Source: a virus (lineage: Duplodnaviria; Caudoviricetes). Taken from it: DNA of 64,000 nt. A model generated the notes under the pieces. The model saw only the letters and a list, made by a program, of their open reading frames with translations, had not been told where the DNA came from and ran no database searches. The DNA lies in IMG/VR virus record IMGVR_UViG_3300003320_000853. One strand, 5' to 3'. Positions within the stretch are counted from its first letter, which is position 1. Every line of letters starts with the position of its first letter. A program made the position numbers and the translations under genes. This document shows, piece after piece, positions 11,601-22,604 of the stretch.

Positions 11601-13776
11601 ACGGGCATGGGGGATCCCCCATCTTCAACCCCCCTTCGCTCACGAGGAAGCTGGCCGAGCACGCCGCAACCCTCCCACACATCTGTGTGCTCGATCGCCT
11701 GATCCCGGTGACGGCCTCCTACCTCATCGAGGACATGGTCGAGAAGATGCTCCGGGAGCGCGACCTCAAGAAGCGGCTCACGAAGCACGTCATGTTTACG
11801 ATCGCCGGGAAGGCCGGCGTCTTCCAGTTGCGCGCCATGAAGGCCGACGTGCTCCGGACGACCCTGGAGAACAAGGCGCTCCTCGCCAAGCTCGGTGCCG
11901 ACAAGATCCTGAACCTCTTGCCTCTCGAAGAGGCCCTGGTCGTGTTCAAGGCGGCCAACGTGTCCAGCGCGGTGTAAGGATCACACCATGGGTGGCGAAG
12001 TTTTCGTGGGGGTCAAGGACATGGAAGGCCGGGAACACCTGAGCCTTCGGTGGACGAACGGCATGCCAAGCTGGCTCGGGTCGGCCGACTTCTACCTCTC
12101 TCCTGGCACGCTCCTCGACTTCCTCAGCGGAGCCAAGCCCGACAACAAGTGGCCCAAAGCCGTCCTCGTGGATCACATCGAGCCGAGCGAGTACGGGGTC
12201 ATCTTCGTCGACTTTCCGACGAAGAGCATCCTGTCACGCCAGGACTACCATCACCCGTGGGAGGTCAACGGGCGGTGCCTCCAGCCCAGGGAGATCCAGG
12301 AACTCTGGCACTCCGGGTGGATCATCGGCGCCCACGACTGCGACGACAAGCCCGTCATGCTCGACGAGAACGAGCTTCGGGCTGGCCGTGTGCCCCGTCG
12401 CTCATGGCTCAACATCCAGCCCAAGGGTTGGACGCTCGATTACGAGATCGAGCGCGCCCATCACCGCTGGCCCGAGGTCACCGCCTGGCTCAAGGATCAC
12501 GGGTGGACGTCACCCATTCGCCCTGGAGAACCCTCATGATCCCCATGAACCATCTGCCTCCCCGCTGCGTCATCGAAACCCGCATCCGCGAGATCGACGA
12601 GGAACTCGGGCGTCAGGATGTGGTGCCCCTCGCCCCGAGCTACATCGCCGAGCTGAACGAGCGGCGGGCCCGCTTCCAGGAGAAGCTCGACGTCGTCATC
12701 GCCTACTACAGGGACAACCCCGGGACGCCTGCCTTCATGGCGACGCTCTCCGCCACGACGGGCCGCTTCGAGGTTCGCGCTGTCTCCCGCATCCGCCTGT
12801 TCCCGGATGGAACGGTGCTCGTCCGCTTTGCAGAGTCCGGCTTGGAGCTCGCCGCCCGGCCCGAGGACGTCTTCGAGACCGAAGCCGGAGCGCAAGCCCA
12901 CGCCCCCGTCCTCGAACGGGAGCTGAACGCGTACCTCGCCTCCGTCGACACAGATGCCGCGGGCCACTCGTGAAGCGTCAGGCCCACGCCTGGTTCGTTA
13001 GGCAGCGCCTCCTGACCTTCTTCCAGGAGCACAGGGAAAGGGTGCTCAGAGGAGAAAGTCCTCCAGGGGGCTGGTGAGGTCCGACTCTCCGAGAAGTTCC
13101 ACAAGCGCCTTCCGAGCCCGGACGATCCCCTCCCTGTGCTCCTGGATCTTCTCCCGCAGGTAGGCCGCCTCTTCCTCGATGTGCCAGACGCACCGCTGGG
13201 CCCTCACGACAGGCTTTCCACAGGCGGTCATGTCCCCGTTGTCCCACACCCGGGCCTCACATAGATCGCTCATGTTCCAGGCTCTACACCGATAAATTGA
13301 CCATGAAGAACCGTCCCGAATCCTCCGGCTGCATCGTGACCACGCCGGGAGCTGCCAGGCTCCAGTCCCTTCTGGGGAGCGCCCCACGCCAGGGCTCCGT
13401 GGCACCCACCCACGATGAGTACCGCGCTCTCCAGCGGCTCTACGGCTACGTCCCCGAGAAGTCTCATCCCCGCCCGCCCGAGCCGTCGCATCCGGGTCCG
13501 GATGCGACGTGGGACGAGAAGGAGAAGTACAAGCGCGCCAAGGCCACGTGGGACGCCTGGTCCGACCCCAAGGGGTTCCTCCAGGCCGGAGCCGACGTCA
13601 ACCTCTACCGGCACGCGGAAGTCGACGGCCTCCGCCTCGTGGCATGGATCGCCCGCTTCATCGCGCCCGGGGCAGATCCGCTCAAGGCTCTCATCCTCCT
13701 CGCGTCCGAGGCTGGCTGGAACGTCGACCTTGAGGACATCGAGTACGCCCAGGAAGAGGAAGAGCCCGCAGGTTGA
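5619..13776 (+). other. Array of about 22 small co-oriented hypothetical phage genes
   Basis: ORFs at 5619-5870, 5870-6079, 6084-6392, 6424-6954, 6999-7211, 7219-7464, 7457-7741, 7772-8137, 8134-8385, 8416-8655, 8688-8978, 9009-9284, 9287-9505, 9502-9873, 9906-10259, 10307-10903, 10948-11181, 11178-11447, 11489-11977, 11988-12539, 12536-12973, 13303-13776. Supported by high GC3, start/stop overlaps and upstream motifs. One minus-strand gene at 13046-13273. Confidence 0.7.
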
Positions 13777-13806
13777 TCACCGAGCCCTCCCGTCTGTAGG
13801 AGGAGC

Positions 13807-14124
13807 ATGAGCACCGAGATCGCCAACGAGATCGCCCGCCAACTCGGCGGAACCCGCCGCCTCGCCGCCATGACCGGCGCCAGCAAGTTCACCGCGGATG
13901 GCCCGGCCCTCGTGTTCGCCCTCCCCAGCGGCAAGGCCAAGGACGGCATCAACAACGTCCGGATCACCCTCGACCAGGGGACCGACACCTACACCGTGCG
14001 CTTCATCCGCATCGGACGCGCCCCGAGCTTCAAGGTCACCCCCGTCCAGGAGACCTCCCTCGTCTACGCCGACCAGCTCAAGACGCTCTTCGAGCAGACC
14101 ACGGGCCTCTACCTCTCCCTGTGA
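13807..14124 (+). CDS. Conserved phage hypothetical protein
   Basis: Class I promoter; IARQLGG..MTGA..DTYTVRF..VYADQL..FEQTTGLYLSL pattern is familiar from phage hypotheticals. Confidence 0.75.
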   Translation: MSTEIANEIARQLGGTRRLAAMTGASKFTADGPALVFALPSGKAKDGINNVRITLDQGTDTYTVRFIRIGRAPSFKVTPVQETSLVYADQLKTLFEQTTGLYLSL

Positions 14125-14127
14125 GCC

Positions 14128-14673
14128 CTAGCCCGGCGTCTCCACATGACCGGCCCGACGCTTCCACTCGGAGAGCTCTGCCTCGGGAAGACCCATCACC
14201 CGCCACACATCGGTCAGCCTCGCCCACGCCGTGTAGCGGGCTCCCCCAAGCGTCGGCGCCACCGCGTTGAGCCGCAACCCGCCCACCAAAGCGCGGAACG
14301 CCTCCAGCCCGTGCCCCGTGTGATCCCCCGCCCGGAAGAGATCGACCAGCCGGTCCTGCATCCCACGAAGCTCATCCTGAAGCTCCAACGCACGCTCCTG
14401 CTCCGGCCCATGCTCCGAAGACGTCACGTCGAGCGCCTCCTGCATCAACGCCCTCAAGAACGGCTCCCGGGCCAGCACGAGGAGAAGACGCCGAAGAGAC
14501 ACGCTCCCCGCATCCTCGCCCAAGCTTGAGCCCACCGTAAGCGTGATCTCCCCGTTCTCCCTGACCTCCACCGACGAAGGCTGCTCCTCGGGCAACGGGC
14601 CCACGGGCGTCTCAACCCAGCCCATCCTCGGAGCCAGATCCAACGGGACTGGAATGTTGAACGCGCGTGCCAT
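14128..14673 (-). CDS. Hypothetical protein
   Basis: Class II motif 10 nt before the ATG. Confidence 0.65.
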   Translation of the reverse strand: MARAFNIPVPLDLAPRMGWVETPVGPLPEEQPSSVEVRENGEITLTVGSSLGEDAGSVSLRRLLLVLAREPFLRALMQEALDVTSSEHGPEQERALELQDELRGMQDRLVDLFRAGDHTGHGLEAFRALVGGLRLNAVAPTLGGARYTAWARLTDVWRVMGLPEAELSEWKRRAGHVETPG

Positions 14674-14700
14674 GCCTCAACCCTACACCTCGGCCCGTAT

Positions 14701-15036
14701 TCACGTCCACCGATGAAGCCCGAGCGGAACACATGCCGTCCCCTCGACGAGCCGCGCCTGGAACCCGTCCGGCAAGAGCGCCATGTGCCCAGGCACGACC
14801 AGCTCCGACGAGAAGACCATCGCCCCGAAGAAGAAGCCCACGAGAGGCGCCCCCACCGTCTCCAGATGAGCGTCCCTGACCCGCGTGTCGCTCACCGGGT
14901 CGAAATGCTCGCGGTCGCCCATCAAGACTTCGACCTCCCCCGGGTGCAACCACACTTGGCCCACCCGGAGCCCGGCGGTCTCCATCCACCCAAACCACTC
15001 CACCAGGCTCTTCCGGAGCCCTTCGACCTTCGTCAT
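14701..15036 (-). CDS. Hypothetical protein
   Basis: Class II motif 10 nt before the ATG; divergent from the class I promoter at 15063. Confidence 0.65.
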   Translation of the reverse strand: MTKVEGLRKSLVEWFGWMETAGLRVGQVWLHPGEVEVLMGDREHFDPVSDTRVRDAHLETVGAPLVGFFFGAMVFSSELVVPGHMALLPDGFQARLVEGTACVPLGLHRWT

Positions 15037-15631
15037 GCCCCGGCCCTACACCGAAGCCCAGGTTGATCGCCAGCACCCCAGCCCTGTAGGAGAGGCATGG
15101 GACGCTCAACGACTCCGACCTTCCGCTGTGAGATGAACATCAGCCGGGGCTCCATGACCCCCCTGGCCTGGGACACCAAGCACGCCGGCCGCCCCAGCGA
15201 CGCCACCCTCAAGGCTTTCGTCGAGCACTTCGAGGCGTCCACCCGCCAGGGCGGCGTCAACGCTCACCTCGGCCCCACCGTCGTCTGGTCGGCCAAAGTC
15301 ATCCGCCAGAGCACGGGCGATACCGTCGCCTCCTACCAGGGCCCGCTCTTCGCCGTCGTCTGAGGCACAGCCATGCCCCGCTACAGCCAGACGTTCGAGC
15401 GCGTCAACTTCGGCACCCGGCCCGTCCAGGTCGAAGCCGTCACCATCGAGTTCGAGACGGACGTGCCCTTCGAGGATGACGCCTTCGAGGATGACGCCTT
15501 CGAGAAGGCCCTCTGGAACGCCCTCTGGGACCAGAGCGGCTGGCGTGACCGCCCCTGGCCCGAAGGCTTCTCGTCAGCCCTGACCAAGGGCCCCTGCCGC
15601 AAGCTCCCCTGAGCGTCACCGGCCCAGGCGC

Positions 15632-15676
15632 ATCCCAGACCTCTCCCGAGCCCTATCCCAGACCTCTCCCGAGCCC
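15632..15676. repeat. Intergenic tandem direct repeat, 2 x ATCCCAGACCTCTCCCGAGCCC
   Basis: Identical 22-mers at 15632-15653 and 15655-15676. Confidence 0.9.
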
Positions 15677-16219
15677 CCGGAGCCCCGGTCTCGACCCCCG
15701 GAGGGTCAAGCACTCGCTCGGGTCCGATGACGCTCGTCCATTCTCTACGGAAATGCCGCTGTAAGTCTACGCGACCCCTGGATCCCTCGGCCCATGTTGG
15801 CACGAGTTTTTCCGATCCCGAGGGTTGATCCCGATCCTCCCGGCCCTGTACTTGGGGCATGACGCTCAACGAGTTGCTGAAGCTGGTGCCGGAATCCGAT
15901 CGTGACCTGCCGGTGTGCCTGTACACGGGCTGGGAAGGCGATGAGCGCCTTCCGGCAACGTCCGTGAAGGTCGTCGAGGGCGAGTACCTCGACGCCCAGT
16001 GGGGCCCGCAGACGGGCCGCCACATCCTCATCTCCCCGCGTTGACCTCCCAGCCCGTCCTGGAGTAGACTTCCCCTCGCTCCTGCAACAGGCCCGAGAGC
16101 CGGGCCGAGGACAGTGCTCGGGCCCGCAGACCCTACGTGGTCTCACCAGTGGCCCACCCAGCCAAGCTCCTCATCCCCCGGCCCTCCGACCTCGGCCCAG
16201 GAAAAAGGCTACACCGCTC

Positions 16220-16260
16220 ACCCCGGGCCCCTTGTGGGGGTCAGGGGGTTTTTGCATTTT
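16220..16260 (+). terminator. Probable intrinsic terminator
   Basis: CCCCGGGCCCC-TTGTG-GGGGTCAGGGG imperfect stem followed by GTTTTTGCATTTT. Confidence 0.6.
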
Positions 16261-16681
16261 CATGGTTGATCGTGGTGCCCTTGGGCCTGTAGGAGGAGCA
16301 TGAACACGCCCTTCCAAATCCTCGCCCCCATCTACGTGAACATTGCCCAGGCGGCGGACGACCTCATCGCGAGTCTCTGCGCCCTCCGAAACCGGAACAG
16401 CTACATCGAGCGCTTGATCCTCCGCGCCATGGTCGACGAGATCACCGCCGACCGTGACGCCCTCTTGGGCGCCCTGCTGGCCCACCACGGGTGGACGGCC
16501 CAGGCCTTCGCGGATGTTGCCTGGTCGGACGAGGGCGACGCTTTCGAGGCCCTGCACGCGTACGTCGTCTGACCTTGAGCCCCACAAGAGCGGTTCTGGA
16601 CGGAAGCCAGAACCGCTCGACTATCATTTCCGCCCCCGCCCGATCGCCGAAAGGTGCGTATCCAATGGATGCACACACCTC

Positions 16682-16841
16682 GCGCGGCGAGTTACAGGGA
16701 CGCGGTAATCCCTGATTTTTGCCTTGGCCGCCGCCCCTGCGCGGCGAGTTACAGTGGGGTGGTACGGCCCCCGATTTTTGGCCCGGCGGCTTTCTGCGTC
16801 GGACGCGATTTTTGGCCCGGCGGGATTTTTTGGCCCGGTGG
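16682..16841. repeat. Iteron-like direct repeats in non-coding DNA (candidate replication origin)
   Basis: GCGCGGCGAGTTACAG at 16682 and 16739; GATTTTTGGCCCGGCGG at 16773 and 16807, variant at 16824, partial at 16714. Confidence 0.7.
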
Positions 16842-16896
16842 TCTATTTCGGGAGCAACGGGATTGATTGTGATCCGTCTTGGTCTGTAGGAGAGGC

Positions 16897-18320
16897 ATGA
16901 AGACCCCGAAGACTATGAAGAAGATGGGCCCTTACAACGCGAGCTTTTGGCAGACGGACGAGAACGGCGTGGCCTTTTCGGTGTGTGTCGTTCAGCTCGT
17001 GGACGGGAAGATCGTGCGGAGCAACGCGGCGCAGTGCACCGGCTTCGAGGGGACGGTCAACTACCATCTGTACTTCATGGCCCGGAACTCGCGGTTTGGG
17101 GGCAGGCCGGTCAAGACCTTCGTCTCGCAGGGGACGGACGGTTTCATCGCCGCTTGCGGTGGGGGCATCGCCAAGGTCTTCAGGAGCTCGATCGTCAGCC
17201 CGATCGAGTGATTTGTCGGCGGAGGTTGATCGCCATGCTCCTCGGACTGTAGGAGGGGCATGAGCACGACGACCTACGCGGTTCTTCCTCTCCACGGTGA
17301 AGCCTACGTCTCCCTGAAGAACGGGTGCCTGACGCACCTCGTCGAGATGGGGAACTTCGTGCCCCAGTGCCGGGTTAAGGCGGAGCACGTGCTGGACGAC
17401 ACGACTCAGGCGAGCCACGACGCGCCGACGTGCAAGGTGTGCGCGAAGAAGCTGGCTCGGCTGGGTCTCGTGGCGGTCGAGAAGAACGGAACCAAGTTGT
17501 GGGAGAAGGTATGAACACGAACTGGGTGAGTTTCGGGAAGGTGGCCCGGGACCTCTGTGGGATGCAGTCGCAGTATTGCAGCCGTTACATCGACGGGCGT
17601 CTGGGAAGCCCTGGCCTGGGGGAAGGGTTGCGGTTTCGGCGGAAGGGTGGGGAGGGGTCGCTCGACGTTGCGGACTACCACTTCATCGAGATCCACCGGG
17701 ATGACGTCGAGGCGTTCGTCCGTCGGGTCACCGAGTACCGGCGTTCCATCGGGGCCATCGTCTGATGGCTGGGGAGAGTGAGATGGCCACGGCATTGTGC
17801 CCCGGGATGGTTCTCTGTCGGACGCGTCCGGGCTCGTACGAGGTCTGCATCATCCGTAGCCCTGCGCAGTACCCTTTGGAGGGGGCCTGGACGGCGGTCC
17901 TTGGGGAGATCGATGCGCCCCCGCTTTGCGGTCTCTTCGAGCTTTGGCCGGAGAGTGTGCCTCGCGTTTGGCGGCGGGCGACGGCGGAGGAAGCGGCCAA
18001 GGTGCGGGCTCTCTACCTCGACCACGCGAAGACGTGTGGCCGGAGATGTGCGGGGTGGATCGCGAAGACGATCCCGCCCGACGAAAATGTGGGTCGTTGA
18101 TTGATCGGGAGAGGCTTCGGTCTGTAGGAGGGGTATGAGCACCGAGACCAAGAAGACGACGCGAGACGATGTGATGGCCCTGATCAAGAGGGCGGAGCAG
18201 GAGAAGGCCCGGACGAAGTACATCAGCCAGTCGACGCTCCGCCGGATCTCCAGCGCGGGCTTCGAGTCCGGGATGGACCACGCGGAGTACCTCAAGCTGA
18301 CCGCGCATCTGTACAAGTGA
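16897..18320 (+). other. Five small hypothetical genes
   Basis: 16897-17211, 17260-17514, 17511-17765, 17765-18100, 18135-18320; starts set by class I motifs and overlaps. Confidence 0.65.
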
Positions 18321-18355
18321 TTGATCGGCGAACCCCCAACCTTGTAGGAGACACC

Positions 18356-18718
18356 ATGAACCCCGAGCGTGAAGCGATGGATGCCGAGTTCGGCGCTTTC
18401 GAGAACGAGTTCCAGGCGGCGTTTGCCCTCTCCCAGATGGAGGCGCCCGCGGACGACCGTGCGGAGATCGAGCGGGCGGTGAAGGCGGGCCGCTTCGTGG
18501 TGGTGGCTTCGACGCCCCGCTACTGCGCCCTGACGGACGCCCTCATGGGCGAGTTTCTCACCCTTCTCTCGGAGCACTCGACGTTCGAGGAGGCCGAGGC
18601 GGCCATGGTCAACGCCCTGGACGAGGGGGACGTGTGGTACACGGTGCGCGGGCCGAAGGCGGCGCCGGCCACCGTGGTGCCGTCGGGCGACGAGGACGAG
18701 GACAACATCCCGTTTTGA
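18356..18718 (+). CDS. Acidic hypothetical protein ending in an SSB-tail-like DEDEDNIPF
   Basis: Class I promoter at 18321; C-terminus resembles the bacterial SSB tail DDDIPF. Confidence 0.7.
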   Translation: MNPEREAMDAEFGAFENEFQAAFALSQMEAPADDRAEIERAVKAGRFVVVASTPRYCALTDALMGEFLTLLSEHSTFEEAEAAMVNALDEGDVWYTVRGPKAAPATVVPSGDEDEDNIPF

Positions 18719-19233
18719 TGGGCCTGGCGATGAAGGTCATCACGTACATCTCCCCGGGCGATTTCACCGCCGAGGACACGCTCGTCTGGGACGTCGTTCG
18801 TCGGGAAGCTCGTCGCCTTGGGCTTCCTGACGAGCTCTACATCGTCAACACGGGCCGCCGGAACCCGGCGGCTCTCAACCGTATCTGCGCCGTGCTGGAG
18901 GTGACTGTCGGAGTGCACGGGTTCCAGGTTGTCGGGCCACGACACCCATTGTTCCAGGCACTCCACTTCGACAGGCAGCTCCGGATCGGGCGGATGACCG
19001 TCCGGGATGATGGGATCGTCCAGGTGCGGCCCCGTGTCTGGTCGAGCATCAACGCCGATTTCCGGGACGATCAGGACAACCTCGACGACGAAGCCATGTT
19101 CCCTGGGATCAAAGAGTTCAAGCTCACGGCGCGGCAGATGTCCGACCTCGGGATGGACGAGGTCGAGGAGGAGCCGGCGCCATCGGTGCGGCCCACGGCG
19201 TGGTCGCGTCTCTTGGAAGACGATGCGTTGTGA
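18718..19233 (+). CDS. Hypothetical protein with tag (PTAWSRLLEDDAL)
   Basis: TGATG overlap; tag at the stop. Confidence 0.7.
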   Translation: MGLAMKVITYISPGDFTAEDTLVWDVVRREARRLGLPDELYIVNTGRRNPAALNRICAVLEVTVGVHGFQVVGPRHPLFQALHFDRQLRIGRMTVRDDGIVQVRPRVWSSINADFRDDQDNLDDEAMFPGIKEFKLTARQMSDLGMDEVEEEPAPSVRPTAWSRLLEDDAL

Positions 19234-19562
19234 CCGATCGGGAGCCGACCTACACTGTAGTTTTCTTACCGCATGATGGTCGGCAGCCCTGGCGTCGGGA
19301 CAACCTGACGTTGGAGCGGGCGGCCTACTTCTGCGGGCGGGATGCGGTAGAGGCGCTCTTGGTCGTGCGGAACCAGGAGCCGACGGACGGCCGCGAGTGG
19401 CCTTGGTGGCCGCTCTTGAGGCGTCTCGGTTTGATCCCGCTGGCGATCCACCCGCGCATCGTGGGGCACGTCTCTCTTCGTGGTGTCGTGGTGATCGGGT
19501 ACATTCCGCCATTGCTGGCTCCTACCTCGTGGGAGCATTTGCTGGGGGAGTCACAGCTATGA
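19230..19562 (+). CDS. Hypothetical protein with tag (PTSWEHLLGESQL)
   Basis: GTGA overlap; tag at the stop. Confidence 0.7.
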   Translation: MTDREPTYTVVFLPHDGRQPWRRDNLTLERAAYFCGRDAVEALLVVRNQEPTDGREWPWWPLLRRLGLIPLAIHPRIVGHVSLRGVVVIGYIPPLLAPTSWEHLLGESQL

Positions 19563-19789
19563 ACTACACGGCAATTTTTCACGGGACCCGAAGGGTATCT
19601 CGGGTCGAGGTGGCGTCGATCCCTGACGTCCAGACGAAGCTCATGCGGCTGAACGAGGCGGCCAAGGCGCCGTTCTACGCTGAGCTGTACTCGGGAGACA
19701 AGCTCGTGGCGCGGGTCTATCCGAAGAGTGTTGCGTGGGTCGAGCGACCGGACGCGTGGGCGCATCTTTTGGCCGACGACGGGCTCTAG
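19559..19789 (+). CDS. Hypothetical protein with tag (PDAWAHLLADDGL)
   Basis: ATGA overlap; tag at the stop. Confidence 0.7.
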   Translation: MNYTAIFHGTRRVSRVEVASIPDVQTKLMRLNEAAKAPFYAELYSGDKLVARVYPKSVAWVERPDAWAHLLADDGL

Positions 19790-20106
19790 GTTGATCGGGG
19801 AGGGATCCGGACTGTAGGAGAGGCATGAACACGCCGCGCATCATCGACGCCAAGGTCACCAACGAGAACGGCCGCTACGTGGTCACGCCCGTGTGGAGCG
19901 GGGTGGATCGTCCCGAGACGGGGAGCATCAGCACGGGGAAGACCAGCACGCTCGCTTTCCGGCTGGCCCAGGCGATGAAGTCGGGCCAGGCCTACGAGCG
20001 CGTCGAGGTCGTGACGGACGTGAACGGCAAGACGTTCGTTTCGGCCCTGCCTCGCTTCCGCGGGCGGTGTCTGAACGCCGATCTTCTGCGTCTTGGGTTC
20101 TAGGCC

Positions 20107-20427
20107 ATGCTTGGCAGGCCTCTCGCGGAGATCCGATACATCGTGGTCTTCGTCCCGGTCGAGGCCGGCGAGCAGGTTCCTGCGGGTACATGGTTTGATG
20201 AAGGGCTCTCGATCTCCGAGATCGACCGCATCTGCAAGTCTACGCCGGCCCGGGCTTCGCTCTTCCAGATGGAGGACGTCGCTCGGGTCAAGCGTCTCGC
20301 CATCATCCCCCATGGGGGGATCGGACCAGGCGAGGTCTACCAGCTTCAGTGGGCGGAACAGGAGCGATTCAAGCGGGAGAGTAGGGACACAGGGTGGGCC
20401 CAACTTCTTCGAGACGAATTTGGGTGA
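20107..20427 (+). CDS. Hypothetical protein with tag variant (DTGWAQLLRDEFG)
   Basis: Follows 19825..20103; tag at the stop. Confidence 0.65.
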   Translation: MLGRPLAEIRYIVVFVPVEAGEQVPAGTWFDEGLSISEIDRICKSTPARASLFQMEDVARVKRLAIIPHGGIGPGEVYQLQWAEQERFKRESRDTGWAQLLRDEFG

Positions 20428-21148
20428 CGTCCTAGGTGTAGAACCCGCAGATGGATGTTGACGCCGTTCTGGCTCCGCTCCGAGATGCCGGACTCATCTA
20501 CGCGTATGACGAGTTTCGGGGAAATATCCACGTTCATGGGGGGCGTCACGAGTGGAACGTCACCGCAGGGCCCTTCAAAGCCCGGGTTCAGGGGTGGGAA
20601 GACCCTTTCATGATCTACGGCAAGCCCGACAAGCTCATGGTCGTGGTCGCGGCCGTGCAGACGCACCCTTGGGACGAAGAGCAGGAGTGCTCGTCCCTGG
20701 AGGAAGCCGTTCGATTCGTCCTCCAGGTGTATGCGGGCCGGGTTTAGTCGTCGTTTGTGTTGATCGTCGTCGGCGGCGTCTTGTAGAGGGGACATGGACA
20801 CCAAGAAGCGCGACGAGATCATCCAGAAGCTGGCGACCTACATCCTCCACTACTGCCCGATGGGGGCGTTGCAGCGGGGGGAGGTATGTGACGTGGCCCT
20901 CTGCTATCCCCGGAAATCCGGGTTCAACGGAACGATCACGGCGCAAGAGGTCAAGCGCCTGGCAGACGGGAGCCTGCTCGACCTCTCCCTCAAGGACATC
21001 AAGGCGGTCGCGACGAGCAGGAAGCTCGCTCGTCTCGTCGGGGTGTACCGGACGAGCTTCATCAAGGCGACCAGCTCGAAGGACAAGGGGTCGATCCGGC
21101 TCAGCCAGCGCGGGCCTGGGGGTTCCTGATGCGGTGTACCCAAGAACC

Positions 21149-21712
21149 ATGAGGATCTACATCGGAACGAAGCCGGGGAACGTGAAGGACTACGCGATGC
21201 GGGACGCCAAGTGGCGGTTCGCCGCCCCGAGCAGCATCACGTGCAAGCCGGTCGGGTCGATCGTGCCCGAGCAGCCGTGGGGGCTGGAGGAGACGACCAT
21301 CGGCGCCGAGTATCGCGCCTCAGAGACCGAGCTCGCCGTCTGCAACGGTCGCTCGCTGGAGCCCGACGAGGTCTGCATCGGGTGCGAGAACGGCATCTGG
21401 ACGCTCGTCCAGAGCGCGGATCCCGAGAAGTGCGTCTACATCGACCCGGCCGTCATCGTGGCTCGCACCGCCAAGGGCGTCTTCCACACGGTGAGCATGG
21501 GGATCCAGGTGCCGACCAAGTACGTCCTGGAGGCCAAGGAGATCCTGGCAAGCGGCGACAAGGACATCACGGTCGGCAAGGTCATTGCCAAGCACCTCGG
21601 GTGCGATCACACCGACTGGCACCACGCGATCACGCACGGGCGCTACAGCCGCCGGACGATTCTCGGCGAGGCGTTCTACTCCCTGCTCTCGCAGATCCCC
21701 GATCTCGGTTGA
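21149..21712 (+). CDS. Inosine/xanthosine triphosphatase-like protein (YjjX/DUF84 family)
   Basis: VPEQPWGLEETTIGAEYRA and IGCENGI match family motifs; class II motif upstream. Confidence 0.75.
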   Translation: MRIYIGTKPGNVKDYAMRDAKWRFAAPSSITCKPVGSIVPEQPWGLEETTIGAEYRASETELAVCNGRSLEPDEVCIGCENGIWTLVQSADPEKCVYIDPAVIVARTAKGVFHTVSMGIQVPTKYVLEAKEILASGDKDITVGKVIAKHLGCDHTDWHHAITHGRYSRRTILGEAFYSLLSQIPDLG

Positions 21713-21745
21713 TCGTGCGGTCTCGGCTCCTGTAGGAGTAGAATC

Positions 21746-22021
21746 ATGAACATCACGTCCCCGAAATCCATCTTCGTCGTCGTGGGCCACACGGGCAAGT
21801 ACGACGACGCGACCTCTTGGAACGTCGGTGCGTCCCGGAACGTCCACAGGGCGAACGCGCTCCGCGACCGACTGAACGAGTGGTGCAAGGCGAACGGCTT
21901 CGACCCGTCGCGCAACGGCATCGTGTACACCTCGGAGAAGCCCGAGGAAGACCCTCAGTTCATCTGCCTCGACGGCACGTCCTACACGGTCGACGAGATC
22001 CCGGATCTCGACGTCGATTGA
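21746..22021 (+). CDS. Hypothetical protein, paralog of the C-terminal half of 4607..5191
   Basis: FVVxGxTGxYxDxTxW..RLNxWC..G..PxEDPxFxCxD..YxxxEIP shared. Confidence 0.75.
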   Translation: MNITSPKSIFVVVGHTGKYDDATSWNVGASRNVHRANALRDRLNEWCKANGFDPSRNGIVYTSEKPEEDPQFICLDGTSYTVDEIPDLDVD

Positions 22022-22051
22022 TCCGCTGACCCCTTTCTCTGTAGAGGGGTC

Positions 22052-22201
22052 ATGCTCGTCATCCTTCCCTCGGTCAAGCGCATGAGCGACGCTCAACTCG
22101 TGGCGGAGCTTCTCTCCTATCAGGGGATCGTCCTCTCGAAAGAGGCGCGCCGCCGCCGGAACCGGGTGGCCCAAGAGATCGATCGGAGGATCCATGTGTG
22201 A
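22052..22201 (+). CDS. 49-aa protein missed by the ORF track; paralog of 22909..23160
   Basis: Class I promoter at 22018; MLVILPSVKRMSDAQLVAELLSYQGIV..RRRNRVAQEIDRRIHV. Confidence 0.7.
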   Translation: MLVILPSVKRMSDAQLVAELLSYQGIVLSKEARRRRNRVAQEIDRRIHV

Positions 22202-22604
22202 CTTGCGCGTAGGCTATTACGTCGGAGAATATTTCACAGCGTACGACTGGGATGCCAAGAAGGTGAGGCGCTGGATCTGCGTCGCCTACGATCCCAACGT
22301 CGACTACTTCTGCACGACGGTCGACGACCTCGGTCCGCAGCGGCTGACGGACATCAGCATCCGGGCCATCGGCCGCACGTGGCACGAAACGTTCGAAGCA
22401 GACTTCCACGACCCCGCGCTTCTCGTCTTCGTGGTGCAGTCTGCGCAGAAGGGGAACGCGGATTTCGGGAACGACCCCCGGATCGCGGCGCTTTCCGAGA
22501 GTGATCGGCAGCTTCTGTCCAGGGTGTATGAAGGATCGTACGCTTCCTTCAAGAAGTGGGGACGGTTGGGTTGATAGAAAACACCCTCCCTCTGTAGAAC
22601 ACCC

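Noticed and set aside
15468-15504. 15-bp tandem repeat CTTCGAGGATGACGC
   Set aside because: In-frame FEDDA duplication inside a small gene; ordinary slippage.
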